Shown in pieces: positions 62,393 through 64,000 of a stretch of 64,000 nt of DNA. Location of the stretch: assembly GCA_965644295.1 (NCBI GenBank), contig CBFFRP010000577.1, positions 62,001 through 126,000 on the forward strand. Direction: 5' to 3'. This DNA comes from Paraphysomonas bandaiensis (taxonomy: Eukaryota; Protista; Chrysophyceae). Under the pieces are notes generated by a model. The model searched no databases, was not told where the DNA came from, and was given only the letters and a program-made list of their open reading frames with translations. The position numbers and the translations under genes are program-made. The first letter of the stretch is position 1. Each line of letters starts with the position of its first letter.

Positions 62393-63623
62393 CTACGGCA
62401 GTTGAGAGGCTACAAAATCCCAATTAACCAGATGGTTCAAAAACGTATCGATGTAAGTCGGCCTGGCATCACAAAAATTAGCATTGCCCACATCGCGAGA
62501 GCATCATATATACTACAGAGCCCTATTTCGGACTGTACTAACCACAGCAATACTGATTCAAAATAAAGTGCCAATATGAATGTCTCGTCGTAATATGAAA
62601 AATAGCATATATCAAAATACGTTATATACCCAGATAACAGCAGCACCGCATATAGCAGTTAAACATTTCGGCGTATATCACTGCATGTGCGTACGTCATG
62701 AACTGCAAGACTACGATTAATACACGCTCTATCAGTGACTACAATGACCTCACTACATGTTTAGTATGAGCGCAATTCTCTATTGCCTACACACCTCATA
62801 TTCTGGTAGTTTAGGTAATACGCGTGTTCCCAAACGTCCATAGTTAATAAAGGCACTGTCTCCGGCTCAGTTAAAGGGCAGTCCGCGCCGGTAGTTTTAG
62901 TAACCTTCAAGCCAGATGGAGTCCAAATCAACCATGCCCAACCCGAACCAAAGACCGTGGCACCAGCAGTCGCAAATTCTTTCCTGAAGTTTTCAAATGA
63001 TCCGAAGGAAGAGTTGATGAGGTCAGCTAATTGACCAGTCGGTGCACCCCCTCCATTAGGCTTCATGCATTGCCAATAGAACGCATGATTGAAGCTCTGC
63101 GCAGCGTTGTTAAACAACCCCTGGTTGGTACCTACATAAATATATAAATCCGAATGTTCTTGATGAAAGTGTCGATGAAGTGGAATAATACCGTATGATT
63201 TTCTGAGGATCTGCACAATATCCATGCCTTCCATGTTAGTTCCTTCAATCATCGAATTGGTGGTATCAACATACTGTGTATAGTTTTAAAAACTCATACT
63301 CTATACTGCATCATGACCTTGGCGTGATGTTTGTCGTGGTGGATGCGCAGTGTCTGCTCCCCTATATGGGGCTCCAGAGCATCATACGCATACGGCAGAG
63401 GCGGCAGGTGAACTTTCTGCTATCATCATCAGCAGCAGCAGTAGGTATAGTTATAATAATAGCCCGCAGCATGAGCACTATCAGTACATATATATAGGCG
63501 CATGGGATCACTTGCCTGAATATCTGCACTGCCATCAGACCGCACGCTGAACATGCGGGGCTGGGCGCGGGACATGCTGATGGAGGCGGCCACAGAGAGT
63601 AGAATGAATGGGGTGAATAGCAT
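62393..63623 (-). CDS. Fe-type superoxide dismutase with N-terminal signal peptide, 5 exons
   Basis: [35 protein letters not shown] (AAQ is the Fe-type signature), [23 protein letters not shown]. First intron is GC-AG (63515-63417). Confidence 0.95.
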
Positions 63624-64000
63624 GTTTGGTGTTGGTAGGTTACGCTGCTGTTAGTGTTGAATTAATCTGCGAGTTCACTGTATGGAAAAGGCTGGAGTTT
63701 GTAGGTATGTACAGCAGAGCAGAGCACCCGTACAGCATGTACAGTACTGTATATCCATATACAAACAGAGACATGATTCGTTCCGATATCAGGATATGAA
63801 AGTGACTTCTATCTACACGCAATACCCGGTATACCTATACATACAGTACTGTATTTCTGAAGGCAGGTATACCATATATGCCAGTAGGAAGTGAGGCAGG
63901 GGCGCTATTTCTGCTGGTGCTGATGTACACTGAACATGCACACCTCTCGGCTCTCATATACCGCCGTGTAGGAATAATAGCTACAAGTCTGTGTGTATGT

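Overview
Eukaryotic nuclear DNA with short spliceosomal introns (GT-AG, one GC-AG). It is probably from a stramenopile/ochrophyte-type protist, inferred from gene content only. About 13 protein genes are present, mostly in tight head-to-head pairs: CD36-like/methyltransferase, lyase-like membrane protein/SPF45, anoctamin/DUF501, two-pore K+ channel/giant PTSV mucin, EF-hand pseudogene/coiled-coil protein, and endocytic-motif protein/Deg-DERA fusion. There is also a full-size PDR-type ABCG transporter, an Fe-SOD, a truncated 105-bp coding tandem repeat, degenerate copia and hAT elements, a small dispersed repeat family, and two long (CATA)n tracts inside divergent intergenic regions. The strongest candidate for a new system is 58332-61019. 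It is a complete Deg/HtrA protease-PDZ-PDZ chassis that has lost all three catalytic residues, fused in one exon to an apparently intact deoxyribose-5-phosphate aldolase (DERA). All family assignments are from motif recognition by eye, not database searches.
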